Origin: Guyparkeria sp.
GTDB taxonomy: Bacteria; Pseudomonadota; Gammaproteobacteria; Halothiobacillales; Halothiobacillaceae
Assembly: GCF_041687595.1 (NCBI RefSeq)
Contig: NZ_JAWLBP010000005.1
Coordinates: forward strand, 10,377 to 74,376
Reading direction: 5' to 3'
Length of the DNA stretch: 64,000 nucleotides
The notes under the pieces are model-generated. The model saw only the letters and a list, made by a program, of their open reading frames with translations, made no database searches and was not told where the DNA came from. This document shows positions 39,687 through 50,574 of the stretch, piece by piece; positions within the stretch are counted from its first letter, which is position 1, and the number at the start of each line of letters is the position of its first letter. A program made the position numbers and the translations under genes.

Positions 39687-40640
39687 TCAGGCCTCCTCGC
39701 CGTTGGCCGTGTGCTGGATCACTTCCAGGTCATGCATGGGCGTGCTCTCACGGCAGTACTCGCGCGAGAACTCCAGCAGCTGCTCCATGGCCGGCAGGCG
39801 GAACTTGTGGCGCTGACGGACGAAGGAGAAGTCCCGGAACAGGCGCGGACTCAGCGGCACCGCCGTGAGCAGGCCGAGCTTGAGCTCCTTGGTGATGCCG
39901 GCCGACGACATGATGGAGAGGCCCATGCCCGCCTCGACGGCACCCTTGATCGCCTCGGGGCTGCCAAGCTCCATGCAGACGTCCCAGCCCTCGGTCATGC
40001 CCTGCTCGCTCATGTAGCTGATCACGACCTCGCGGGTACCCGAGCCTTCCTCCCGGCAGATGAACGGATAGCTCATCAGCTTCTCCACCGGCACGCCCTT
40101 ATCGGCATAGGCGGTAAGCTCGTGCTCCGGCGGCATGATCACGACCAGCTCGTCGCGACGGCATGTCTCCACCAGCAGGTTCTTATTGGTCACGCTGCCC
40201 TCGACCAGCGCCAGGTCGACCACGTTGTGCTCGACCATCGAGACCACCGATTCGGTATTGCCGACCTTCAGCCGCACGGACAGGTCCGGATGGTCCTGCC
40301 GGAAATTGCCCAACAGGGCGGGGAGCATGTTCTCTGCCACCGTCATGCTCGCCCCGATGTTCAGAGCCCCGCCGATCTCGCCGGTCATCTCCTTGACCCG
40401 CCGGTCCATCTCGTCATAGAGCTCGAATATTCGCTCGGATATCTCGTAGACCGTATGCCCCACGTCCGTCAGGGTGACGCGGTTGTGGGTCCGGTCGAAC
40501 AGCCGGGTGTCGAAGTGCTCTTCCAGCTGCCGCACCTGGAACGTCACCGCAGGCTGGGTCATGTGCAGTGCCTCGGCCGCCTTGGTGAAGCTGAGCAGGC
40601 GGGCAACCGTGTTGAAAACCTTTAGGCGTCGATCGGCCAT
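39687..40640 (-). CDS. LysR-family regulator (YeiE/CysL-like)
   Basis: SFTKAAEALHMTQPAVTFQVRQLE HTH; GASMTV, LALVEG, REEGSGTRE, S.EAIK.AV..G.G. Confidence 0.92.
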   Translation of the reverse strand: MADRRLKVFNTVARLLSFTKAAEALHMTQPAVTFQVRQLEEHFDTRLFDRTHNRVTLTDVGHTVYEISERIFELYDEMDRRVKEMTGEIGGALNIGASMTVAENMLPALLGNFRQDHPDLSVRLKVGNTESVVSMVEHNVVDLALVEGSVTNKNLLVETCRRDELVVIMPPEHELTAYADKGVPVEKLMSYPFICREEGSGTREVVISYMSEQGMTEGWDVCMELGSPEAIKGAVEAGMGLSIMSSAGITKELKLGLLTAVPLSPRLFRDFSFVRQRHKFRLPAMEQLLEFSREYCRESTPMHDLEVIQHTANGEEA

Positions 40641-40830
40641 TGGCTAGTCTCGTTTCCGGGTGGCAATAAGCGTTAATGCATAGTGTATCAAGGCAACTTG
40701 TGCTTTGCGACTGCCTCCCGCCTCGGCAGGAGGCATTGTGCAAGCCACGGGACTTTTCTGCCTCCGCGAACCGGTTTATGCTCGGAGACCGAATGCTCCC
40801 GGCAACAGCAAACCATCTGGAAGAACCATC

Positions 40831-41319
40831 ATGCAAGGAATCGCACTCCGTCTTCAGAACCTCCTCCGCCCGGCCGTCGCCGGCCTGTTCGCCCTCGGGC
40901 TGGTAACCGCCGGGCCCACCGCTGCCTCGACCATCTACAAGTCGGTCGACGAGAAGGGCAACGTCCAGTTCACGCAGACCCCGCCGAAGGACCGCCAGTC
41001 CGAAGCGGTGAATTCGACCTACGCCACGCCGGCGGCGCAGGAGTCGGAGAAAGCTGAATCCACCGAGGAGGCAGCCAGTGACGACCCGGCTACCGATCCG
41101 TCCACGGAAGTGAAGGTGGTGGACCGCGAAAAGGCGCGCGAGGCCTGCCAGAAGGCGAGGGAACAACGCGCGGCGATCGGCGACGGTGCGAACAACCTGA
41201 TGGTCCGTGATGACGAGGGCAAGTACCAGCCGATGAGCGAGGAGCAGCGGGCGTCACGCATCGAGCGCCTCGATGCGATCATCGAGGAAGCCTGCCACGA
41301 CGATGCCGACGGCGAGTAA
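40831..41319 (+). CDS. DUF4124-domain exported protein
   Basis: Signal peptide, IYK.VDEKG.V.FT.TPP, two C-terminal Cys residues. Confidence 0.85.
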   Translation: MQGIALRLQNLLRPAVAGLFALGLVTAGPTAASTIYKSVDEKGNVQFTQTPPKDRQSEAVNSTYATPAAQESEKAESTEEAASDDPATDPSTEVKVVDREKAREACQKAREQRAAIGDGANNLMVRDDEGKYQPMSEEQRASRIERLDAIIEEACHDDADGE

Positions 41320-41722
41320 CGCACTCCTCGCCGAGACCCGCATCCGGGCGGCGCTGAACACCCGGCCCCGGGGAAGCGTGCCGATGGTGACAAACAGGCG
41401 GCCCGACATTGATGAGGGGGCTGCTGGCAAACCCATGCCCTCCACCTGACCCGACAGGCAATGCGTCGGAACGGCGCTCAGGGCCACTCGGGGGACTCCC
41501 TGCCCGGTCTTCCCGCCCTTGCCGTCCCACCCCGGCCCCGGCATGACTCCGCGGCTGCAACCTCCCCACTCGACGCTCCGATGGCCCGCCCGGTACAATC
41601 GCGGCGGGTCGTCGAGGTCACTTCACACGGCCAAGCCACCGCGCCCGGGGTCCGGAACTTCCGGATACTTGAGCGATTCGGCCGGACACCCACCCATTTC
41701 CACCCAGCGAAGCGAGACATCC

Positions 41723-43429
41723 ATGCGAGCCAGCCAATTCGCCATCAACACCATGAAGGAAACCCCGGCCGAGGCGGAAATCGCCAGCCACCAGTTGATG
41801 CTGCGCGCGGGGATGCTGAAACGGCTTGCCTCGGGGCTCTACACTTGGTCCCCGCTCGGCCTGCGGGTCCTGCGCCGTGTCGAGGCGATCATCCGGGAGG
41901 AAATGGACGCCGCGGGGGCACTGGAAGTCCTGATGCCGGCGGTGCAGCCCGCCGAGCTCTGGGAGGAATCCGGCCGCTGGCACCAGTATGGCCCGGAACT
42001 GTTGCGCATGACCGACCGTCACGGGCGCGAGTTCTGCTTCGGCCCGACGCACGAGGAAGTGATCACCGACTATGCCCGCCGCGAGCTCAAGAGCTACCGC
42101 CAGTTGCCGGTGTGCTTCTACCAGATCCAGACCAAGTTCCGTGACGAGATCCGGCCGCGCTTCGGCGTGATGCGCGCCCGCGAGTTCATCATGAAGGACG
42201 CCTACTCCTTCCATGCCGACAGCCGGTCACTGGGGGAAACCTACGAGACCATGTACTCCGCCTACGGACGCATCCTCGACCGCATGGGGCTTGCGTGGCG
42301 GGCCGTGGTCGCCGACACCGGCTCGATCGGCGGCAACGCCTCCCACGAATTCCACGTCCTGGCGGACTCGGGCGAGGACGAGATCGCCTATGCCACCGAG
42401 GGTGACTATGCCGCGAACGTGGAGATGGCGCCCACCTTCCCGGCCGACACACCACACCCCGCCCCCGACGAAGCCATGAGCGAGGTAGCCACCCCGGGTG
42501 CCCGCAGCATCGAGGAAGTCACCGGGCAACTGGCCATTTCTTCCGAGCGCACGGTCAAGACGTTGCTGGTCGTCGGCACGGAGGCCCCGGCCGTCGCCTT
42601 GGTCCTCCGCGGCGATCACAGTCTCAACGAGATCAAGGCCGCCAAGCACCCGGCCATCGCCGATCCGCTGACCTTCGTCGACGAGAAACACGCACCCGAG
42701 CTGACCGGCGCATCGGTGGGCTCGATTGGCCCCGTCGGGCTCGATATCCCGGTCATTGCCGATTACGCCGCGGCCGCCCTGTCGGACTTCGCCTGTGGCG
42801 CCAACCGTGACGGCCATCACCTGACCGGCGTGAACTGGGGTCGCGACCTGCCCGAGCCAGACAGCGCCGATCTTCGTGAAGTGGTCGCCGGCGACCCCGC
42901 CCCGGGCGGCCAGGGCAAGCTCGCCATCTGCCGGGGCATCGAGGTTGGGCATGTCTTCCAGCTCGGGGACAAGTACAGCCAGGCAATGAACTGCGAGGTG
43001 CTCGGCGAGGATGGCAAGCCGCTGGTGCCTCTGATGGGCTGCTATGGAGTGGGCGTCTCGCGGATCGTGGCAGCGGCCATCGAGCAGAACTTCGATGATC
43101 GCGGCATCATCTGGCCGCAGCCGATTGCGCCCTTCACCTTGGCAATCGTGCCGATCGGGGCGAACAAGGACGCCACGGTCATGGAGACGGCCGAGGCCCT
43201 GCATGACGACCTGCGTGCACGCGGCATCGACGTGATCCTCGACGACCGGGGCCTGCGTCCCGGCGCGGCTTTCGCCGACTGGGAGCTGATCGGCGTGCCC
43301 CTGCGCGTCGTGGTCAGCCCGCGCGGGCTCGAGGCCGGCCAGTACGAGGTGCGCCGTCGGGATGCGGCCGAAAGCGAGGACATCCCCTCCGAAGGGCTGT
43401 TCGACTGGATCCAGGCGCAACTCGCCTGA
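41723..43429 (+). CDS. proS: Proline--tRNA ligase
   Basis: [29 protein letters not shown] editing domain (CGAN), GIEVGH.F.LG, MGCYG.G.SR. Confidence 0.98.
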   Translation: MRASQFAINTMKETPAEAEIASHQLMLRAGMLKRLASGLYTWSPLGLRVLRRVEAIIREEMDAAGALEVLMPAVQPAELWEESGRWHQYGPELLRMTDRHGREFCFGPTHEEVITDYARRELKSYRQLPVCFYQIQTKFRDEIRPRFGVMRAREFIMKDAYSFHADSRSLGETYETMYSAYGRILDRMGLAWRAVVADTGSIGGNASHEFHVLADSGEDEIAYATEGDYAANVEMAPTFPADTPHPAPDEAMSEVATPGARSIEEVTGQLAISSERTVKTLLVVGTEAPAVALVLRGDHSLNEIKAAKHPAIADPLTFVDEKHAPELTGASVGSIGPVGLDIPVIADYAAAALSDFACGANRDGHHLTGVNWGRDLPEPDSADLREVVAGDPAPGGQGKLAICRGIEVGHVFQLGDKYSQAMNCEVLGEDGKPLVPLMGCYGVGVSRIVAAAIEQNFDDRGIIWPQPIAPFTLAIVPIGANKDATVMETAEALHDDLRARGIDVILDDRGLRPGAAFADWELIGVPLRVVVSPRGLEAGQYEVRRRDAAESEDIPSEGLFDWIQAQLA

Positions 43430-43455
43430 GTCAGTCGCCAAACGTGATTCCCTCG

Positions 43456-43495
43456 CAGAAAAGCGGGTCGGGCAAGAGCCCGACCCGCTTTTCTG
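43456..43495. terminator. Bidirectional terminator between proS and the adaptor gene
   Basis: 18-bp stem CAGAAAAGCGGGTCGGGC-AAGA-GCCCGACCCGCTTTTCTG. Confidence 0.9.
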
Positions 43496-43572
43496 ATGGC
43501 GCCCCCAGGGTATCCAATTGCCCGCGGCAGGCGCCCCCGAACCGGGCCTTTCCGTAGAGGGAAAGGCCGGAT

Positions 43573-44367
43573 TCAGTTGTCCGGAAAGTCGATCGCGATA
43601 CGCTGACCAGCCCGCCAGCCAAGCCCATCGGTGCCCAGCCCCACGGAAACACGATATCTGACGTCGCCCTGCTCGTCGTGCTCGGCACGGATCGCCTCGA
43701 CCACACCGGACGCGCGTTCTCCGCCACGCACGACCGTCAGTTCGTCACCCAGCTCGATATCCCCCAGCTGGTCGGCGTCGACCACGGCGGTGGCCAGCAG
43801 GCGGTCGGCCCGGGCGATCTCGATCAGTACCGGTGGAGTGAGACGTGGCGAGACCACCTCGCCGGGGGCGGCGTGCACGGCCAGGATTCGGGCGTCGAAC
43901 GGGGCTTCAAGCGAGGCCTGCTCACGCTCCCAGTCGCGCAGTCCGAACTCGGCCTGGGCCCGGTCGCGCTCGCCGCGTGCCCGATCGCGCTCGATCAACG
44001 CCACCTCCCTTTCGGAATCCGACGCGGACGTACGGTCGTAGAGCGCCTGCACGCGCTCGGCGTCCAGGTCGGCCTCGGCGGCCGCCCGCTTGAGACCCGG
44101 AATCTCGGCGGAGACCATCCGCTGCCGATAACGGAACGGCGTCTCGTCCAGCTCCACCAGGAGCGTCCCGGCCTCGACGCGTTCGCCCGGTCGCACGGAC
44201 AACGTCTCGATCACACCCGCCACCGGCGTGGACAGGGCAGTTCGTTCGGAAAAGCCGAGTCGTCCCTCGACCTCAGCGGCCTGGGCGAGCCCGACGCCGA
44301 GCCCCAGGACGGCGACAGCGACTCCCGCGAAAACCGGGCGAACGGGAGACAGGATGGCACCCTTCAT
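43573..44367 (-). CDS. Short periplasmic adaptor (membrane fusion protein)
   Basis: Lipoyl halves (TPVAGVI..L.V..G..V..G..L..LD / L.APFD..I......GE.V) around an alpha-hairpin; signal peptide ending AQA|A. Confidence 0.88.
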   Translation of the reverse strand: MKGAILSPVRPVFAGVAVAVLGLGVGLAQAAEVEGRLGFSERTALSTPVAGVIETLSVRPGERVEAGTLLVELDETPFRYRQRMVSAEIPGLKRAAAEADLDAERVQALYDRTSASDSEREVALIERDRARGERDRAQAEFGLRDWEREQASLEAPFDARILAVHAAPGEVVSPRLTPPVLIEIARADRLLATAVVDADQLGDIELGDELTVVRGGERASGVVEAIRAEHDEQGDVRYRVSVGLGTDGLGWRAGQRIAIDFPDN

Positions 44368-45806
44368 GATGTTTCCTCCGTGACTTGATCCTCGCCCGAC
44401 GCGTCATCGGGCTGCCCCAGCAGAACCGTCTCGATCGGCCGATTGGTGAGCAGGGCGTATTCGGCCCAGCGCGTGGCCAGGTCGTAGGTCGTCTTCATGC
44501 GTTCGAATTGGGCCATCGACATCTCCGCCATGGCATCGCCGAGATCGGTGGCCTTCTCCATCTGGTAGAGCGTCTGGTTGCGGGTGAAGTTGAGCTCGGC
44601 GTAGTTCTCCATCGCCTGCATCCGCGACAGGCCGACCGACTGCTGCACGCGAATCATTTCCACCAGTTCGGTGGCATAGCGGCGGACGGCGGCCTCTCGC
44701 TCGGCCATCTGGGCGACCACGGCCATGCGCTCGGCCTGGGCCGCACCGATCTCGGCATTGCGTGCCCCGCCCCGGAAGAGGGGGAATTCCAGGTAGACAC
44801 CGGCCCGGAAAGGATCGCGGGTGGCGCCCTCACGGGTGTAGTAGTCGGCATTCACCTCGGCATGCACGCTGGGCAAGTTGCCCGATCGGGCGGCCGCCAG
44901 ATCGGACTCGCTGCCGTCGTACTTGCGACGCAGGGCATTGAGCTGCAGGTCCTCGGTCAGGGCCGTCTCGATCAGGTCGCCCACCGCCGGAGCCTCGCGC
45001 TCGAACAGCACATCCAGCCGCGGGGCCTGCAGTTCGCGGGGCAGCTGGTCGGGTCGCCCGGCCAGTTCGGCCAGATGGCGCCGGGTCAGCCGTCGCTGCG
45101 CGTCGGCCCGGGCCCGCTCGAGCAGGACGTTCTGGTAGTCGCGTTCGAACCGGGCGAGGTCATAGTCCGACGTCTGGCCAAGTTCCTGCCGGTCCCGGGC
45201 ACGGTCATAGCGAATGAAGAGAATGGCCATGCGCTCGTTGATTGCCTGGTAGCGCTGGTCGGCCAGCAGGACATCAAAGTAGGCACGCAAAAGCGCCAGG
45301 CGCTGACGCTTTTCTTCCCCCAGCAGGACGAGCCGCTCGCCTTCGAGCCGTGCCTCGGCGGCCGCCTCCCGGTCCTGCTGCCGACCGAAGTCGAACAGTT
45401 TCTGCCGCAGGGACAGACCGGCCTGGTGATCGTCGTGCTGATCGTTCTCGTCGGCGAGTGCTCCCGGCTCGACGTAACGGAGCCGACCATTCAGGCCCAC
45501 TTGGGGGCGATTGTCGGCCTGCGTCAACTGCCGCTCGGCGAGGCGCTGTTCGTAGCGGGAACGGGCAGCCACGACGCCATATTGGCTATCGAGCGGGAGG
45601 GAGAGGACCGCCTCCAGCCCCAGCGGCTGGGGCAACGGGTCGGGCGTGGCCAGGCGTCCCTCCGTGACCGCCGGGGGCGGCGGGAGCTCGGCGGCCAGCG
45701 CCGGCATGACGGTGGTGACGGCCAGACACGCAAGCCCGATCAGGGCGATTGGACTGCCTGTCCGGCCACCCCCGACCCGATTACAGAACGCTTGTCCCGA
45801 TGACAT
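44364..45806 (-). CDS. TolC-family outer membrane channel
   Basis: Signal peptide; two OEP repeats (L.Q.LFDFG, AYFDVL, LEFPLF.GG); stop overlaps the adaptor ATG. Confidence 0.9.
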   Translation of the reverse strand: MSSGQAFCNRVGGGRTGSPIALIGLACLAVTTVMPALAAELPPPPAVTEGRLATPDPLPQPLGLEAVLSLPLDSQYGVVAARSRYEQRLAERQLTQADNRPQVGLNGRLRYVEPGALADENDQHDDHQAGLSLRQKLFDFGRQQDREAAAEARLEGERLVLLGEEKRQRLALLRAYFDVLLADQRYQAINERMAILFIRYDRARDRQELGQTSDYDLARFERDYQNVLLERARADAQRRLTRRHLAELAGRPDQLPRELQAPRLDVLFEREAPAVGDLIETALTEDLQLNALRRKYDGSESDLAAARSGNLPSVHAEVNADYYTREGATRDPFRAGVYLEFPLFRGGARNAEIGAAQAERMAVVAQMAEREAAVRRYATELVEMIRVQQSVGLSRMQAMENYAELNFTRNQTLYQMEKATDLGDAMAEMSMAQFERMKTTYDLATRWAEYALLTNRPIETVLLGQPDDASGEDQVTEETS

Positions 45807-45849
45807 CGACCGCGCCTCCCTGCTGATGTTCTGACGTTGGCTTCCCGCG

Positions 45850-46392
45850 TTACTGCTTCTTGTACTTGAAGAAGTTCATGCCCGGCTCGCTGTAGGCACC
45901 GGAAACGAAGAACTCCATCAGTTGCAGGAACTCCTCGGGTGTGTGCGTCGGACCGGTGTAGCGTACGGCCGGCTCACCCTGGGTGTCGAAGAAGATCATC
46001 ACCGGCGTGGCGCGGACCCGGTACTGCTTGAAGGCGAAATCCTTCTCCTTGAGCTCGTTGCCTTCCGGGTCGCTCATCACGACGTCACCCTCGATGTCGA
46101 TGCTGACGGTGACCAGGTTTTCCTTGATGTATTCCTGCACCTCGGAGTCGGTGAACACCTGGGTCTTCATGCGATGGCAGAACGGGCAGTCGTCCATCTC
46201 GAAGAAGACGAACACCCCGGCCTTGCCCTCTTCGCGGGCGGCCTCGACGTCGGCCTGCAGGTCCTTGAACGGATCGTCCCAGAAGCCCTCGAGCTCCTGC
46301 GCCTTTGCCGGGCCGACCGCCAGCAGCGACAGCGCCAGGAAGGCAGCCGCCACCCAACCGGCAACCGTCGTGTATCCGTTCGTTTGCATCAT
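45850..46392 (-). CDS. Periplasmic SoxW-like thioredoxin
   Basis: Signal peptide ending AKA|Q; FE..DCPFCHRMK, E..FA..YRVRATP..IFFD, RY.G. Confidence 0.85.
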   Translation of the reverse strand: MMQTNGYTTVAGWVAAAFLALSLLAVGPAKAQELEGFWDDPFKDLQADVEAAREEGKAGVFVFFEMDDCPFCHRMKTQVFTDSEVQEYIKENLVTVSIDIEGDVVMSDPEGNELKEKDFAFKQYRVRATPVMIFFDTQGEPAVRYTGPTHTPEEFLQLMEFFVSGAYSEPGMNFFKYKKQ

Positions 46393-46415
46393 CCACTCTC
46401 CTGACCTTGAACCAA

Positions 46416-46444
46416 AACATACGCCTGAACGTATAACATGCTAA
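46416..46444 (-). promoter_or_regulatory. Putative internal promoter for soxW-tolC-adaptor
   Basis: TTAGCA-17 nt-TATGTT in the AT-rich tlpA-soxW spacer. Confidence 0.4.
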
Positions 46445-46448
46445 CAGT

Positions 46449-46985
46449 CTAGTCCACGCGCCGGGATTTCAACATGTTCTCGAGAATCTCGCGCGACACC
46501 GGGCCGAGGTACTCGCCGTCGACCGTGCCATCGGGACCGATGATGAAGGTGACCGGCACGCCCTCGATGTAGCCGAAGCGGCTTGCCTCTTCGGGCGTGA
46601 CATTGATGACCGGGTAGGTCACGCCGTGCTTGCCGATGAACTCGGGCAGCCTCTCGGCGTCACGGAACATGTCCATCGACAGGCCCCACACGTGCACGCC
46701 CTCATCACGGTGAGCCTCGTGGAACGCCTGCAGCTCGGGCAATTCCTTGACGCAGGAAGGACACCAGCTCGCCCAGACATTGATGAAGACGATGTCACCG
46801 CGCAGATCGGCGAGATTGCGCGGCTCACCGTGCACGTCGTCCTTCTCGAACGCGACCGGCGTGTCACGCGGCGAAGCGCTAGCAGGCTCGGCCACGGCCA
46901 TCGCGCCCACCGCCAGCAACCCGGCGGCCAGTATTCCCGCAAACCATCGATTCGACACGGACCTTCTCCCATCGGGATTGTGCAT
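46449..46985 (-). CDS. TlpA/ResA-family disulfide reductase
   Basis: Signal/anchor; NVWASWCPSCVKELP, GVPVTFII.PDG. Confidence 0.92.
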   Translation of the reverse strand: MHNPDGRRSVSNRWFAGILAAGLLAVGAMAVAEPASASPRDTPVAFEKDDVHGEPRNLADLRGDIVFINVWASWCPSCVKELPELQAFHEAHRDEGVHVWGLSMDMFRDAERLPEFIGKHGVTYPVINVTPEEASRFGYIEGVPVTFIIGPDGTVDGEYLGPVSREILENMLKSRRVD

Positions 46986-47019
46986 GGAGGGGCGTCAACA
47001 GACCGCCCCGCACGAGTGA

Positions 47020-48050
<1,031 letters not shown>

Positions 48051-48140
48051 CCCCGGAGCCCGCCATGATGTTGAAGAGAACGAGACCACCGACGGGCTTT
48101 CCCGTTTCACGCATTCCACGCAGTCAATGACAGAGGATTG

Positions 48141-48965
48141 ATGATGATCGAAAAGTGTCTGTTTCCCGCCGCCGGGTACGGCACCCGCTTTCTCCCGGCC
48201 ACCAAGGCCATGCCCAAGGAGATGCTACCCATTCTCGATCGACCGCTGATCCAGTACGGCGTCGAGGAGGCTTACGAGGCCGGCATGACCCAGATGGCGA
48301 TGGTCACCGGGCGCGGCAAGCGGGCGCTGGAGGATCACTTCGACGTCAACTACGAGCTCGAGCACCAGATCCGCGGCACCAAGAAGGAATCGATGCTCGC
48401 CTCGATCGACCGCCTGATCGACAACTGCACCTTCTCCTACACCCGGCAGCTCGAGATGCTGGGTCTGGGCCACGCGATCCTCACCGGCGAGCGGCTGATC
48501 GGTCACGAGCCCTTCGGCGTGGTCCTCGCCGACGATCTTTGCGTGGGCGAGCCCATCGGCATCCTCGCGCAGATGGCCACCATCTACGAGCGCTATCAAT
48601 GTAGCGTGGTGGCCGTGCAGGAAGTCCCCGAGCAGGACATCCACAAGTACGGCGTGATCGGTGGCGACCCGATCGAGGATGACGTCATCCAGGTCACCGA
48701 CATGGTGGAAAAGCCCGCGGCGGCCGATGCCCCGGGCAATCTCGCCATCATCGGTCGCTACATTCTCACGCCGGACATCTTCGACATCCTGCGTCAGACC
48801 GAGCCCGGCACGGGGGGCGAGATCCAGATCACCGACGCCTTGCGCGAGCAGGCCGAACAAGGCAAGGTGATCGCCTACCGGTTCAAGGGACGGCGTTTCG
48901 ACTGCGGCAGCCCCTCGGGTTTCGTCGCCGCCACCAACCACTTCTATCACCTCAGCACGCGATGA
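48141..48965 (+). CDS. galU: UTP--glucose-1-phosphate uridylyltransferase
   Basis: PAAGYGTRFLPATKAMPKEMLP, GLGHAI, VEKP, EIQITDA. Confidence 0.97.
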   Translation: MMIEKCLFPAAGYGTRFLPATKAMPKEMLPILDRPLIQYGVEEAYEAGMTQMAMVTGRGKRALEDHFDVNYELEHQIRGTKKESMLASIDRLIDNCTFSYTRQLEMLGLGHAILTGERLIGHEPFGVVLADDLCVGEPIGILAQMATIYERYQCSVVAVQEVPEQDIHKYGVIGGDPIEDDVIQVTDMVEKPAAADAPGNLAIIGRYILTPDIFDILRQTEPGTGGEIQITDALREQAEQGKVIAYRFKGRRFDCGSPSGFVAATNHFYHLSTR

Positions 48966-49058
48966 CGTGCCGGGGAACCTCTCGTTGATCCCGCGGTCGC
49001 AGTCGGGATCGGGAGGCCACTCCCAGACAACTCACAGCCGTCCACGCGAGGCAATTCA

Positions 49059-49541
49059 ATGCAAGTTCAGAACGATCACGTCGTTTCCATCGACTACACC
49101 CTGAAAAACGACGCCGGGGAAGTCATGGACAGCTCCGAACAGACCGGCCCGCTGGCCTACCTGCATGGCCACCAGAACATCATCCCGGGCCTGGAGAAGG
49201 CGCTGAACGACAAGTCGGTCGGCGACAGCTTCACCGTCAGCATCGAGCCGGCCGAGGCCTATGGCGAGCGCAACGAGGAAATGATCCAGACCGTGCCGCG
49301 CTCCATGTTCCAGGGCGTCGACGAGATCGAGCCGGGCATGCGCTTCCAGGCGCAGACCGAAGGCGGCGTCACCGTGGTGACGGTCAAGGAAGTCAACGGT
49401 GACGAAATCACCCTCGACGGCAACCACGAGCTGGCCGGCGAGACCCTGCACTTCGACGTCGAGGTCAAGGACGTGCGCGCCGCCTCCGAGGAGGAGATCG
49501 AGCACGGTCACGTCCACGGTCCGGGCGGCCACGAGCACTGA
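49059..49541 (+). CDS. slyD: FKBP-type PPIase SlyD
   Basis: YLHG..NIIPGLEKAL, AYG, DGNH.LAG..L.F.VEV, His-rich tail. Confidence 0.95.
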   Translation: MQVQNDHVVSIDYTLKNDAGEVMDSSEQTGPLAYLHGHQNIIPGLEKALNDKSVGDSFTVSIEPAEAYGERNEEMIQTVPRSMFQGVDEIEPGMRFQAQTEGGVTVVTVKEVNGDEITLDGNHELAGETLHFDVEVKDVRAASEEEIEHGHVHGPGGHEH

Positions 49542-49580
49542 TCCCGAGCCCCCGGGCGTGCCCGGGGCGCCCGAAAGACG

Positions 49581-49613
49581 AAAAAGGCAGCGTGATCACA
49601 CGCTGCCTTTTTT
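49581..49613. terminator. Bidirectional terminator after slyD
   Basis: AAAAAGGCAGCGTG-ATCA-CACGCTGCCTTTTTT. Confidence 0.9.
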
Positions 49614-49649
49614 CTGTCCGCGATATCGTCGCACCGGACTGGTGGCCGA

Positions 49650-50462
49650 TCAGTCGGACACGACATCTTCCTCCGGATCGGATGCCGGCGCCTCCGCCGG
49701 GAAGATCGAGACATAGGCGGCATACAGCGCCGCCCAGGCCCAGGGCACCAGCAGGATCGCGCTGAGGCCGGCAGTCAGCGGAATGGTCATGAAGAGCCCC
49801 AGCCAGATCAGGCCGAAGACCAGCATCGGCAACCAGTTGAGCCAGACGGCCCGAAAGCTGGCCGCCAGCGCGGCGGTGAGCGGATGCTCCCGTAGCACCA
49901 CCAACGGCACGGCGAACAGCATCGCCGAGAGGTAGAGCACGTAGACGACCACCACGCCCAGCCAGACGCCCAGGGCCGAAGCCGACGTGAGCACAGGGAG
50001 GAGCGTCTCCAGCCGTTCGCCGTCGCTTAGGTCCGGATCGTTCAGCGCGTTCATGCCGCCCTCGGGCAGGGCCGCGGTGAGATAGCCGGCGAGCAGCAGG
50101 AGGATCAGCAGATTGACGAGAATGGTCACGCCGCCCAGCCCCACCAGCGGTCGCCAAGGGGCCTCACCGCGGAACTGGGAGAACAGGAGGTCGAAGCCGA
50201 TCGGCTGCTCGCGGGCCAGCGGCTCTTCCTCGCTCCGTTCCAGTATCTCGGCGATCCGCACGAAGATCATGATCACCCCACCACCGAGGACCGGGGCGAT
50301 CAGGTAGCCGGCGCCCATGCCGATCAGCGGCACCATGCTGACCAGGAACACCAGCACGTACATCAGCAGCACGCTGCCGATAACCAGGCCGGGCCGGGTC
50401 TTGAGAAGCTGCCAGCCGCCAGCGATCCAGCGGGCGCCGGAACTGGCCGGTCGTTTGCGCAT
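49650..50462 (-). CDS. BPSS1780-family membrane protein
   Basis: G..WI..GW.L....P, P.L.GG, FA.PLV, A...SF.A...NW.P. Confidence 0.8.
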   Translation of the reverse strand: MRKRPASSGARWIAGGWQLLKTRPGLVIGSVLLMYVLVFLVSMVPLIGMGAGYLIAPVLGGGVIMIFVRIAEILERSEEEPLAREQPIGFDLLFSQFRGEAPWRPLVGLGGVTILVNLLILLLLAGYLTAALPEGGMNALNDPDLSDGERLETLLPVLTSASALGVWLGVVVVYVLYLSAMLFAVPLVVLREHPLTAALAASFRAVWLNWLPMLVFGLIWLGLFMTIPLTAGLSAILLVPWAWAALYAAYVSIFPAEAPASDPEEDVVSD

Positions 50463-50574
50463 TGAGTACACTCTCGTCCGTTTTGTCTTGATTTCAGATT
50501 CCCCGCGCGCGGCTCCGCCGCCGGCGATCGCCGCGCACGCGGGCTCCATGGTAACCAGAAAAGTGGCGAACCCG

